This document shows positions 17,826-27,394 of a DNA stretch of 64,000 bases, piece by piece. Each line of letters opens with the position of its first letter. Position 1 is the stretch's first letter. The position numbers and the translations under genes are program-made. This stretch comes from an uncultured delta proteobacterium (GTDB taxonomy: Bacteria > Desulfobacterota > Syntrophia > Syntrophales > UBA2185), in NCBI GenBank assembly GCA_963729715.1, contig CAVSPA010000005.1:224001-288000 (forward strand), given 5' to 3'. The notes beneath the pieces were generated by a model. The model ran no database searches. It saw only the letters and a list, made by a program, of their open reading frames with translations, and had not been told where the DNA came from.

Positions 17826-19178
17826 TTACAGCAAATTCAGTATTTCACTGAGACTCGGGTGGGGGATAATCCAGTTTTTCAGTTCCTTCTTCCCCATGCG
17901 GTTTGCGACGGCCAGGCTCACGGATGCGATCAGCTCGCCCGCGTCGTCTCCGACGATCGTTACTCCCATTAGGCTGTCGCCGCAGAAGACCGCCTTTACG
18001 AACCCGTTCCCTTTGAGTTCTGTCCTCGCCATGATATTTGCCCCATATTCAACCCTCTTTATTTCCACCTTTAAGCCCAGTTCTCTTGCCTGCTTTTCCG
18101 TGAGCCCCACGCGCGCCACGTTCGGGTGCGTGTATACCACGGAAGGCACTGCGTCATCCCTGTATGTAATCGAGCGGTCGCCATAGAGGTAACTTGCAAC
18201 CGCTCTGCCCTGCTGCATAGCCCTGTGCGCAAGCATGATACCTCCGGTCACATCGCCGACGGCATAGATGCCCTGCACGTTGGTCATCTGGCGGTCATCG
18301 ACAGAGATCCCCTTCTGATCGTACAAAATACCGCATCGATTCAATTCTTCCGAGTGTAAGAGCGGTTTCCTGCCTGTACACATAAGGACGCAATCGGCGG
18401 TCAATTCAAGTGGCTTTGCATTTTGATTCGCTTTCAGCAAAACGCCGTTTGATGTCTCCTCGATTGCCTCCATCCGTGTTGACGTGTGAATGGCAACACC
18501 GAGGTGGATGAGGTCATGCCTTATCAAATCGTCGGCCTCTCTATCCTCATGGGGGAGGAGTCCATCCAAGAGTTCAATGATGGTCACTTTGACTCCGAGC
18601 TCAGCGAGGAATGTGGCAATTTCAATCCCAATGAAGCTCCCCCCGACAATGATGACGGCTTTCGGCAGAGTCTCCAGCACGAGAAAGCCATCGGATGTCA
18701 AGATTCTGTGAGACGTCTCGAAACCACGCGGCAGGAGGGATTCCGAACCCCAGGCAATAATGATATTATCGGCAGTCAGATGATGTCTCTCTCCCGCAGG
18801 TGACATAAATTCCACCTCCCGGGAAGAAATAAGATGCCCCTCTCCGGCCTTCAGGTCCACGCCTGCATCCTCAAGAGATTGCTGAGCGCCCTTGGCGGAA
18901 AGAGTGACCATCTGCCGCTGATGGCGTTTGATCGCGGCGAAATCCACCCCGGCCTCGCCTGTGGAAATACCGAGACGCTTCATTCTTTTGAGGTTCATGT
19001 ACTGCCTGCTGCACGCCAGTAGCGCCTTTGTGGGAATGCAGCCCCGGTGGGTGCATGTGCCGCCCCATTGATTTTTTTCTATGACGGCAACCCTGGCTCC
19101 CCATCTCGCAGCGTGTTCAGCCGCGGCATGGCCTCCGGGACCCGCTCCGATGATGATAAGATCATATGTCTCAGACAC
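17826..19178 (-). CDS. lpdA: Dihydrolipoyl dehydrogenase (L protein)
   Basis: GAGPGG, GGTCTHRGCIPTK redox disulfide and HPSLSE motifs; located in the gcv cluster. Confidence 0.92.
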   Translation of the reverse strand: MSETYDLIIIGAGPGGHAAAEHAARWGARVAVIEKNQWGGTCTHRGCIPTKALLACSRQYMNLKRMKRLGISTGEAGVDFAAIKRHQRQMVTLSAKGAQQSLEDAGVDLKAGEGHLISSREVEFMSPAGERHHLTADNIIIAWGSESLLPRGFETSHRILTSDGFLVLETLPKAVIIVGGSFIGIEIATFLAELGVKVTIIELLDGLLPHEDREADDLIRHDLIHLGVAIHTSTRMEAIEETSNGVLLKANQNAKPLELTADCVLMCTGRKPLLHSEELNRCGILYDQKGISVDDRQMTNVQGIYAVGDVTGGIMLAHRAMQQGRAVASYLYGDRSITYRDDAVPSVVYTHPNVARVGLTEKQARELGLKVEIKRVEYGANIMARTELKGNGFVKAVFCGDSLMGVTIVGDDAGELIASVSLAVANRMGKKELKNWIIPHPSLSEILNLL

Positions 19179-19201
19179 GATGCTGCCTTTCCCGATTCAG
19201 T

Positions 19202-20056
19202 TTAAGAGATCATCATTGCTGCATGGTAGGAACTGCGCACGAGGGGGCCTGCTTCCACGCGCTTCACCCCCAGTTCCTGCGCCATCTCTTTCATGGCTTC
19301 AAATTCATCCGGGTGGTAGTACTTCATGACAGGCCAGTGATTGCGCGACGGCTGCTGGTACTGGCCGATAGTCACCGTTTCGCAATGAACACGAGCCAGA
19401 TCGTGAAGCAAAACCATGATGTCATTCCAGCTCTCTCCGAAGCCTACCATGAATCCTGATTTGACGGCTATTCCCTTCTTGCCGTATTTGCTTGTCCGAT
19501 GGAGCAGATCGAGAGACAGATGATAATTGCCCTGCGGTCTGATGCGGTTGAAAAAAGTGGGAACGCATTCCATGTTGTGGTTTATCACGGAGGGTCTGCT
19601 CCTGACTATGCATTCGAGGGCTCCCCAATTGCCGCTGAGGTCCGGAATAAGGACTTCCACCCTGCATCCCGGCACCTCCTGATATAGCCTGTCCACGCAG
19701 CGGGCAAACATCCCTGCCCCTCCGTCTGCGAGGTCGTCCCTTGTGACAGATGTGATAACGATATACCTAAGCCCCAGCTCTTTTACCGCCTCGGTGAGTC
19801 GTTCCGGTTCCATTTCATCCAATCCTGCAGGCGTCCCGTGCCGGACATTGCAGTAGAGACAGTTTCTCGTGCAGATGTTCCCGAGAATTAAAAAAGTGGC
19901 CGTACCGGAATGAAAACATTCTGTGACATTGGGGCAATGCGCCTCCTGACAGATGGAATGGAGATTAAACTGCGACAGAACCCCTTTCACATGCTGGAAT
20001 TCATGCGAGGCAGGGAGTTTTACTTTTAACCATTCAGGCTTCCTTTTTATCTGCAT
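19202..20056 (-). CDS. lipA: Lipoyl synthase
   Basis: CQEAHCPNVTEC, CTRNCLYC and RSSYHA motifs. Confidence 0.95.
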   Translation of the reverse strand: MQIKRKPEWLKVKLPASHEFQHVKGVLSQFNLHSICQEAHCPNVTECFHSGTATFLILGNICTRNCLYCNVRHGTPAGLDEMEPERLTEAVKELGLRYIVITSVTRDDLADGGAGMFARCVDRLYQEVPGCRVEVLIPDLSGNWGALECIVRSRPSVINHNMECVPTFFNRIRPQGNYHLSLDLLHRTSKYGKKGIAVKSGFMVGFGESWNDIMVLLHDLARVHCETVTIGQYQQPSRNHWPVMKYYHPDEFEAMKEMAQELGVKRVEAGPLVRSSYHAAMMIS

Positions 20057-20444
20057 TCACACCCTGAGCCCTTTTCTTGGCCTTGGAGATACTGAAAAAA
20101 CCGAAGATGAGAAACATGACCCCCATGATGAGATGCGGAAATGCAGCATCAATCCTACCCTCGCGGATAAATGTCATCACTGCCTGCACCATATTTATAA
20201 GACCGAAAACGAGGAAGATCATAGGCGCGATATAGTTGACGAGTTTGCGTGCGTCTACGGGAAGTTTGGGAAGTCCCGGCACCTGCGCCCGGGCTGGAGC
20301 CGAATCAGTCTTGCCCGGCTGCGCTTGAGCCGGCTTCTCTTCCATGGCATCCTTTTCCTTCCCCGCAAGGGCCCAGATGATTCTGTCTCTTTCTCTCGGA
20401 TTCTTGACGGTCTTGAGTTTTCTGATGAGTTTATCCCTGTCCAT
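20034..20444 (-). CDS. Hypothetical membrane protein (2 TM)
   Basis: 136-aa ORF with an RBS and two hydrophobic helices; overlaps the lipA start by 23 nt. Confidence 0.65.
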   Translation of the reverse strand: MDRDKLIRKLKTVKNPRERDRIIWALAGKEKDAMEEKPAQAQPGKTDSAPARAQVPGLPKLPVDARKLVNYIAPMIFLVFGLINMVQAVMTFIREGRIDAAFPHLIMGVMFLIFGFFSISKAKKRAQGVNADKKEA

Positions 20445-20491
20445 TTCTTTCTTCCTTCCCTTATTATATCAACGTATGTCCAGTCCCTCGC

Positions 20492-21934
20492 TTAAGTTTT
20501 TCCCCAGCATACATCAGGCTCCCTGGCCGCCTTCACATCATCGAGACGCCTCACGGCAGTTGTAAGGGGCGCTGATTTTACCAGCTCAGGATTTTCTTTC
20601 GCTTCCCCGGCAATAGCAATCATGGTATCGCAGAAGGCGTCAAGGGTCTCCTTGCTTTCCGTCTCGTTGGGTTCGATCATAATTGCCTCGGGCACGATGA
20701 GGGGAAAATATATCGTCGGCGGATGATAGCCGTAATCGAGGAGACGCTTGGCAATATCCGAGGTGTGGACACCGCCCTCTTTGACCTGCCTATTTCCCGA
20801 GAAGACGCACTCATGCATGCATATCCGGTCATAGGGTAGGTCATAAAAGGCCCTTAATCGCTCCTTAATGTAATTGGCGTTGAGGACAGCGGTTTCACTT
20901 GCCTTCTTCAAGCCCTTCGGCCCGAGAGACCTGATATATGTGTAGGCCTTTACCATCACGTTAAAATTTCCATAAAATGTCCTTACCCGACCGATGCTAT
21001 CCGGAAAGTCATACTTCCAATCGTACCTTCTCCCTTTTCTTATGATACGAGGCAAGGGAAGATGCCGAACCAGATCTTTCCTGACTCCTACGGGCCCGCT
21101 CCCGGGACCGCCGCAGCCATGTGGCGTCGAGAACGTCTTGTGAAGATTGAGCTGAATTACATCAATGCCGAGGTCGCCAGGTTTTGTGACTCCCATAAAG
21201 GCGTTGGCATTGGCGCCGTCGCAGTATAATATCCCTCCCCTTCTGTGAACAATCTCAGAAACCTTTTCAATATTTCTCTCAAAGAGGCCCAGGGTGTTGG
21301 GGTTTGTAATCATCAACCCAGCTACATCCTTCGTCATCAGTTCCCGAAGATGGGCGATATCGACGCCTCCCTCGGCATTTGACCGCACGGTAACGACATG
21401 ATAGCCGCACAATGCGCTCGAAGCAGGGTTTGTTCCGTGGGCCGTATCGGGTATCAGAATTTTTGAGCGCTTCTGTCCTCTTCTCTCGAAATATTTCTTG
21501 ATGACCATGACGCCGGTGAGTTCCCCATGCGCCCCTGCGGCGGGCTGAAGGGCAAAATCGGCCATGCCGAATATCTCGCTCAAATATTGTCTGAGTTCGT
21601 ACATGATCTGTAATGATCCCTGGGAGAATTTAACCGGAGAATAGGGATGGAGGTTTGTAAATCCCGTCAGACGAGAGACCTCCTCATTGATCTTGGGATT
21701 GTACTTCATGGTGCACGAGCCGAGAGGATAGAAGCCCACATCAACACCGAAATTCCGTTTCGATAATTGTGTATAATGGCGGATGAGATCCACCTCCGCC
21801 ACTTCCGGGAGGTCAACATCATCCCTGAGCAGGCTCTTGTTAATAATATCTGTAATCGCCACCTCGGGCACATCCGCTTCCGGAATACTTGTGGCTATTC
21901 TTCCCGGCCTGCTCTTTTCAAATATAAGTTCCAT
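20492..21934 (-). CDS. gcvPB: Glycine dehydrogenase subunit 2
   Basis: [32 protein letters not shown] (PLP lysine) and HECVFS motifs. Confidence 0.95.
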   Translation of the reverse strand: MELIFEKSRPGRIATSIPEADVPEVAITDIINKSLLRDDVDLPEVAEVDLIRHYTQLSKRNFGVDVGFYPLGSCTMKYNPKINEEVSRLTGFTNLHPYSPVKFSQGSLQIMYELRQYLSEIFGMADFALQPAAGAHGELTGVMVIKKYFERRGQKRSKILIPDTAHGTNPASSALCGYHVVTVRSNAEGGVDIAHLRELMTKDVAGLMITNPNTLGLFERNIEKVSEIVHRRGGILYCDGANANAFMGVTKPGDLGIDVIQLNLHKTFSTPHGCGGPGSGPVGVRKDLVRHLPLPRIIRKGRRYDWKYDFPDSIGRVRTFYGNFNVMVKAYTYIRSLGPKGLKKASETAVLNANYIKERLRAFYDLPYDRICMHECVFSGNRQVKEGGVHTSDIAKRLLDYGYHPPTIYFPLIVPEAIMIEPNETESKETLDAFCDTMIAIAGEAKENPELVKSAPLTTAVRRLDDVKAAREPDVCWGKT

Positions 21935-21957
21935 GAATTACCTCCGGCTTCTATATA

Positions 21958-23283
21958 TCAAGCAACAAGGGAAACTATTCTGTCGATGTCGTCTCTCGTA
22001 AGCATCTCCGTGGCGCAGAAGAGGAGGGCGTTTCCAAGTTCAGGATAATCTTTTTCGAGGTCATATCCGCCTGTGATACCTGCAGCCTCGAGTTTCCGAT
22101 TGGCCATCTTCGGATCGGGACAGCGAATGACGAATTCATTGTAAACAGGGGCGGTGAAGACCGCCTCCCAGCCTGCGAGCTCCGAGAGCTTACGCTTCAG
22201 ATAATGAGTTTTCCGAATGTTGAGCTCCGCTAATTTTTTTAGGTTCTTCCCGAGACTGACGAGATAGACTGCAGCGGCCAGGGCACAGAGAGCTTCATTG
22301 GAACAGATATTCGACGTAGCCCTTTCCCGCCTGATGTGCTGTTCCCGTGTTTGCAGTGTCAGGACGAAACCTCGCTTGCCCTCTTTGTCAACCGTGGCTC
22401 CGGCAAGCCGGCCGGGGATCTTCCTTAAGAATTTGTCCGTACTCGCAAAAATCCCAAGATAGGGGCCTCCGTAGTTCATGGGGTTTCCGAAACCCTGCCC
22501 TTCTCCCACCACGAAATCCGCTCCCATTTCACCCGCCGGCTTAAGAATACCTAAAGACGTTGCTTCTGTGAATGCTGAGACAAGGAGCGCTCCCTTTGCA
22601 TGCACCGTGGGCTCGATTGCGGCAATATCTTCGATGACGCCAAAAAAGTTGGGACTCTGAACCAGGACCGCTGCCGTCCGATCGTCCACAGCACTGGATA
22701 GCGCGTCCCTATTAAGCTGACCCGATTTGCCATAAGGAATTTCCACGACCTCGTATCCATTCGCCCAAGCATATGTATCGACAACCTGCCGGTACTCAGG
22801 ATGGACGGAACTGACAATGACAATTTTCTCCCTGCTCAAGGTCTTGGCAGCGAGCACCATTGCTTCCGCCATGGCCGAGGCGCCGTCATACATGGAGGCA
22901 TTGGCAACCTGCATGCCCGTAACCTTCGCTATCATGGTCTGATATTCATAGATGGCCTGGAGTATTCCCTGGCTGATCTCCGCCTGGTAAGGGGTATAAG
23001 CCGTGTAGAACTCGGAGCGCGAAATGACATGGCCCACAACTGCCGGGATATAATGGTTGTAAACCCCTGCCCCCATGAGGGTAATCGGAGGAACGGCGTT
23101 TCGGTTACTAATGCCCTGCATCAGTGCCGCGACCTCTTGCTCGGAGAGTCCGAGAGGCAGGTCGAGTAGCCCCTTTAATTTATATTTTTCGGGAATATCG
23201 GAAAACAGTTCCTCAACTATTTTGATGCCGATAATGTCCGTCATCTGTCTTTGATCTTCCTGGGTGTGTGGAACATAGTCCAT
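21958..23283 (-). CDS. gcvPA: Glycine dehydrogenase subunit 1
   Basis: MDYVPHT start; FYTAYTPYQAEISQG, NASMYDGA and REQHIRRERATSNICSN motifs. Confidence 0.95.
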   Translation of the reverse strand: MDYVPHTQEDQRQMTDIIGIKIVEELFSDIPEKYKLKGLLDLPLGLSEQEVAALMQGISNRNAVPPITLMGAGVYNHYIPAVVGHVISRSEFYTAYTPYQAEISQGILQAIYEYQTMIAKVTGMQVANASMYDGASAMAEAMVLAAKTLSREKIVIVSSVHPEYRQVVDTYAWANGYEVVEIPYGKSGQLNRDALSSAVDDRTAAVLVQSPNFFGVIEDIAAIEPTVHAKGALLVSAFTEATSLGILKPAGEMGADFVVGEGQGFGNPMNYGGPYLGIFASTDKFLRKIPGRLAGATVDKEGKRGFVLTLQTREQHIRRERATSNICSNEALCALAAAVYLVSLGKNLKKLAELNIRKTHYLKRKLSELAGWEAVFTAPVYNEFVIRCPDPKMANRKLEAAGITGGYDLEKDYPELGNALLFCATEMLTRDDIDRIVSLVA

Positions 23284-23391
23284 TGCGCGATCCTTTCTCC
23301 GGCCTGCTTCGAGTAGCCTGATGTCGCGGGGTTTCGATGAAGCAATCCTTAAGATGGGATTGCCGCACCTGGGCCGCAAGCAAATGGCGGA

Positions 23392-23790
23392 TTAGTGCTT
23401 CTCTTCTTTGATCATCTCAGTGTAGCGGGCTGCATCCATAAGGTTATTCAATTCTGCAGGATCATCCATCTTAAGTTTAGCTATCCAGCCTTTTCCAAAG
23501 GCATCCTGATTTACAAGTTCCGGATGCTCCTCCAGTTCCTTATTTACTTCCATGATTTCGCCGCTCACGGGCGAGAAGACGTCAGAAACAGACTTTACGG
23601 ATTCCACCACCGCCACCGGTTCCATTTGCTTGACTTTCTTGCCTATTACCGGGAGCTCCACAAAGACGACATCCGTAAGTAGCTCCTGAGCGTGATCCGT
23701 AATGCCCATCCTGATCGTTCCGTCTCCTTCATCCATTGCCCATTCATGTTCCTTTGAATACTTCCTGTCTGCTGGATTTGGCTTTGACAT
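23392..23790 (-). CDS. gcvH: Glycine cleavage system H protein
   Basis: YSKEHEW, GITDHAQ, VESVKSVS (lipoyl Lys) and GKGWI motifs. Confidence 0.96.
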   Translation of the reverse strand: MSKPNPADRKYSKEHEWAMDEGDGTIRMGITDHAQELLTDVVFVELPVIGKKVKQMEPVAVVESVKSVSDVFSPVSGEIMEVNKELEEHPELVNQDAFGKGWIAKLKMDDPAELNNLMDAARYTEMIKEEKH

Positions 23791-23854
23791 TGTTCTCCCC
23801 CTTCAGTCTATCCTTCTATGTCTTCAACACAGTTTGCCGCATATTCCGAGAACA

Positions 23855-24949
23855 TCATTTCTGCCTCCTGTAAAAAGGCAATTCCACAATCCGCGCTCTC
23901 GCATGGTGATCGCGGATCTCAATGAAAATATCTGTGCCCGGCCTGCTGTATGGCACCGGCACAAAAGCCAGTCCCACCGCCTTCTGCAAGGTAGGAGTAT
24001 ATGTCCCCGATGTCACAACGCCCACTTCGGTCGCATCCTTGAAGACCTTGTACCCGTGTCTTGCTATTCCTCTATCTTCCATCTTGAAGCCGACGAGTTT
24101 TTTCGCTAAGCCCTTTTCTTTCAGCCGCTTCAAAGCAGAACTCCCGGCAAAATTTTTCTCCAGATTTGTTACCCACCCGTAAACGACCTCCAGTGGCGTA
24201 ATCGTCTCGTCCATATCGTTTCCGTATAACATCATCCCCGCTTCGAGTCGCAGGGTGTCCCGTGCGCCCAATCCGACGGGTTTAAGCCCGCGGCCCGTCC
24301 CGATCTCGAGGAGTTTGTCCCAGATTTCTCCTATCCTCCGACTCTCCGTATAGATCTCGAAGCCTTCCTCACCGGTGTAACCGCTGCGTGACACGAGAGC
24401 GGGTATTTTCATAACCTGCGTGTCCTTGGCATGGTAGAAAGTCAAAGGTGCCAGATCATCTGATGCAATGTTCTGGAGAATCTCCTGTGACAGGGGTCCC
24501 TGCAGGTCTATCTTGCCTGTTCGATCGCTATTGTCAATAACCTCCACGCTGGATAAACCCCGTGCTTTTCTCTGCGTCTCTATCCACGAGAGATCCTTAT
24601 CCTTCGTCCCGGCGTTTGTGACGAGCAGATAACGATCCCCCCCGAGACGATACACAGTTACATCATCGATGATGCCGCCGTTTTCATTCGTCATGACGCT
24701 CAGTTTTATCTGTCCTATGGCCTGTCCCTCTATATTTCTGCTCAGTACCCATTGCAGGAGATCAAAAGCCTGAGGTCCTTTGACCTCAATCTCTCCCATA
24801 TGGCAGATGTCAAATAGTCCCGCCTTCGTCCTGGTTGCATGGTGCTCTTCAATCACATTGCTGTATTGAACAGGCATGGCCCAGCCGCCGAAATCAATTA
24901 TTTTTGCGCCGAGCGCGACGTGATGGTCATAGAGTGGGGTTTTCTTCAT
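23855..24949 (-). CDS. gcvT: Glycine cleavage system aminomethyltransferase T
   Basis: KKTPLY, FGGWAMPVQY, FDICHMG, SRSGYTGEEGFE and GLGARDTLRLEAG motifs. Confidence 0.96.
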   Translation of the reverse strand: MKKTPLYDHHVALGAKIIDFGGWAMPVQYSNVIEEHHATRTKAGLFDICHMGEIEVKGPQAFDLLQWVLSRNIEGQAIGQIKLSVMTNENGGIIDDVTVYRLGGDRYLLVTNAGTKDKDLSWIETQRKARGLSSVEVIDNSDRTGKIDLQGPLSQEILQNIASDDLAPLTFYHAKDTQVMKIPALVSRSGYTGEEGFEIYTESRRIGEIWDKLLEIGTGRGLKPVGLGARDTLRLEAGMMLYGNDMDETITPLEVVYGWVTNLEKNFAGSSALKRLKEKGLAKKLVGFKMEDRGIARHGYKVFKDATEVGVVTSGTYTPTLQKAVGLAFVPVPYSRPGTDIFIEIRDHHARARIVELPFYRRQK

Positions 24950-25348
24950 TGACGGTTCTCCCCCGGGCGGCGGAAAGGATTGCAGAGCGCAGGCCCCGTC
25001 CGTCAAGCCGGTGCAATGAAAGAGCGTGTTTATGATTTAATGCCAGTACTTGCAGTAAATGAGGGACCAGATTATTAGAATAAAAAATACGAAGAAAAAT
25101 ACCTGTTCTCGTGAAAACCGTAAATCTTACAACGATATTCTTGCGATACTTGCAGATTGTCCATTTCGGTTCACTTAGGATACTGTTGGCGGATGAGAGA
25201 GTAGCTTTTCCTATATGCTTCCCGGCTCGCGCAATGGCAGAACAAGTAACATAGGCCACGCTGTATTTCAAGACATAAAAAAAATTGCCACGCTTCCTTT
25301 TATGCGCGGGAGGAATAGACTGTGAAACACGTATAAGAAAGGGCAATA

Positions 25349-25948
25349 TCAGATATTTCGGGAAATCCCGTTACCTGTAACTGTTTTCATCTTTTCAAAA
25401 GTCCTTTCGAAGAACTCTTGTTTTTGTTTCGGAATGTAAAGTGGGCCTTCGCAATCGATGATCAACTTGCCTGCAAGGTGGTCAATCTCATGTTGAGCGA
25501 CGCGGGCAACGTAATCTGTATAGCGCCTGTTGATTTTTCGCCCGCTTATATCAAACGCCTTGACTTTGATCTCCGGGAATCTGCTGACTTCGACCTGTAT
25601 TTCCGGGCATGAGAGACATCCCTCAGTCATGGTCACCATCTCACCACGGGCTTGAGTAATACGGGGGTTGATCAACAGCTCGTAATCGTCCTCGCTTTTT
25701 GACCAGCCCTTTTCATTGAATGCTTTGTTTCTGAAGATAATTATTTTTTTGCTTATGCCTATCTGCGGAGCCGCCAAACCTGCAGCTTCATCCATGGACA
25801 GGAAGGCATCGGCAAGGGTCCTAATCTCTTTTTTTCTTTCTTCATCGAAAGGAACCCGAATATCCTCACATAGCCTCCTCAGGACAAGGGTTTCCTCTTC
25901 ATTAATCTTGTCATTCTTCCACAGTGTGAGAACTCTTACATCTGACAT
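25349..25948 (-). CDS. def: Peptide deformylase
   Basis: AGLAAPQIG, EGCLS and QHEIDHL motifs. Confidence 0.9.
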   Translation of the reverse strand: MSDVRVLTLWKNDKINEEETLVLRRLCEDIRVPFDEERKKEIRTLADAFLSMDEAAGLAAPQIGISKKIIIFRNKAFNEKGWSKSEDDYELLINPRITQARGEMVTMTEGCLSCPEIQVEVSRFPEIKVKAFDISGRKINRRYTDYVARVAQHEIDHLAGKLIIDCEGPLYIPKQKQEFFERTFEKMKTVTGNGISRNI

Positions 25949-26114
25949 CGCTTTCCTCGTCGCAAGTCATTCAAGTTTTATATAGCACCCCGCATCCATT
26001 TTTTCAAGTCTCTTGCAATTTTCAAATACCCTTGATAATTTTACGTATGTCTGTTAGCTTTCTTTCCTTAGACGGACGGGGAAACCCATTGAAAATAACA
26101 ACGAGTGCGCAACC

Positions 26115-27353
26115 TTGATAAACGCCATCGTAACAAGAAAGGCAAAACAGGAATTTGCCAGACTGATGAAATTTGAAAACGGAGGGTCACCGGTCACGGA
26201 TTCCGGCAGCTTAAAGAAACTGCCTCTTCTGTATATTCACATCCCCTTCTGCGAGAAGCTATGTCCCTACTGTTCCTTCCACCGTGTCGTCTTTGACAGC
26301 GCCCTTTGTCGCGATTATTTCAGGGCCTTAAGGAAGGAAATCATGCTCTATAAAGGCAAGGGCTATGATTTCAGCGGCATCTACGTGGGAGGAGGAACAC
26401 CGACCATTCTCGTAGAAGAGCTCGAAGAGACGCTGAAGCTCACGCGGCAATGTTTCTCCATTCAGCAGATATCCGTAGAGACAAACCCGAACCATCTGAC
26501 AGATGAAACTATCTCCGCCCTCAAGCGCACCGGCATAAACCGGCTTTCCGTCGGAGTCCAAAGCTTTGACGATCAACTGCTTCGGGATATGGATAGATAT
26601 GACAAGTACGGAAGCAGCGAGTCCATAATTAACCGGCTGTCGCAGACCCTAGGGCAGTTTGATACCCTCAATGCAGACATGATTTTCAATTTTCCTTCCC
26701 AGACCATGACCATGCTGGAGAAGGATCTCGACATTCTTACGGATATAGGGATAGACCAGATCACATACTACCCCCTCATGGTTTCAGATTCTACCCGTCA
26801 TGCCGTCGGTGAAAGGTTCGGGTATGTCGACTACGCAAAAGAGGAAAAATTTTACCATCGGATTACGGAACGGCTAATACCGGCATACCGCCACTCATCC
26901 GCGTGGTGCTTTTCAAAAAATGCCGCCATGATAGATGAGTACATTGTCGATTATGATGAATACGCCGGTATCGGGAGCGGGTCTATCGGCTATTTGAACG
27001 GTATATGCTATGCAAACACCTTCAATATTGTGGAATACATCTCGCAGGTCAACCGCGGTGAAATACCTATTATGGCCTCGCGATCCTTCCAGCTCAAGGA
27101 TCAGCTGCAATATGATTTCCTCATGAAGCTCTTCGGCATGAATATGGATATACCGGCATCGCAGGCGAAGTACGGCGGGATTTTTTATCGGGTTCTCTGG
27201 TTTAATATTCTTGCTTTTGTCCTTGCAGGTGCTTTACAGTATCGCTCATCCCGTCTTCGCCTGACAAAGCGGGGATGTTATCTCTGGGTAATCATGATGA
27301 GGGAATTTTTTATCGCTGTTAATAACTTTCGTGATTTTTGCCGGTCAAGATAG
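26115..27353 (+). CDS. menK: HemN-like class C radical SAM enzyme, probably menaquinone C8-methyltransferase (MenK/MqnK)
   Basis: YIHIPFCEKLCPYCSF, GGGTP, QITYYPLM and C-terminal MMREFF..VNNFR. QxTxYPLM is the signature I recall for MenK/MqnK. TTG start. Confidence 0.7.
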   Translation: MINAIVTRKAKQEFARLMKFENGGSPVTDSGSLKKLPLLYIHIPFCEKLCPYCSFHRVVFDSALCRDYFRALRKEIMLYKGKGYDFSGIYVGGGTPTILVEELEETLKLTRQCFSIQQISVETNPNHLTDETISALKRTGINRLSVGVQSFDDQLLRDMDRYDKYGSSESIINRLSQTLGQFDTLNADMIFNFPSQTMTMLEKDLDILTDIGIDQITYYPLMVSDSTRHAVGERFGYVDYAKEEKFYHRITERLIPAYRHSSAWCFSKNAAMIDEYIVDYDEYAGIGSGSIGYLNGICYANTFNIVEYISQVNRGEIPIMASRSFQLKDQLQYDFLMKLFGMNMDIPASQAKYGGIFYRVLWFNILAFVLAGALQYRSSRLRLTKRGCYLWVIMMREFFIAVNNFRDFCRSR

Positions 27354-27394
27354 TATTATAACCAGAAGACATCATATTTTTTCCGCATCGTCAC

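Noticed and set aside
23339..23364. GCAATCC..GGATTGC hairpin between gcvH and gcvPA, resembling a dispersed REP-like repeat
   Set aside because: Short and degenerate, with no second copy noticed in the window.
24950..25348. Glycine riboswitch upstream of gcvT
   Set aside because: The conserved GGAGAG/CCGAAGG/CTCTCAGG elements are not visible on the minus strand.
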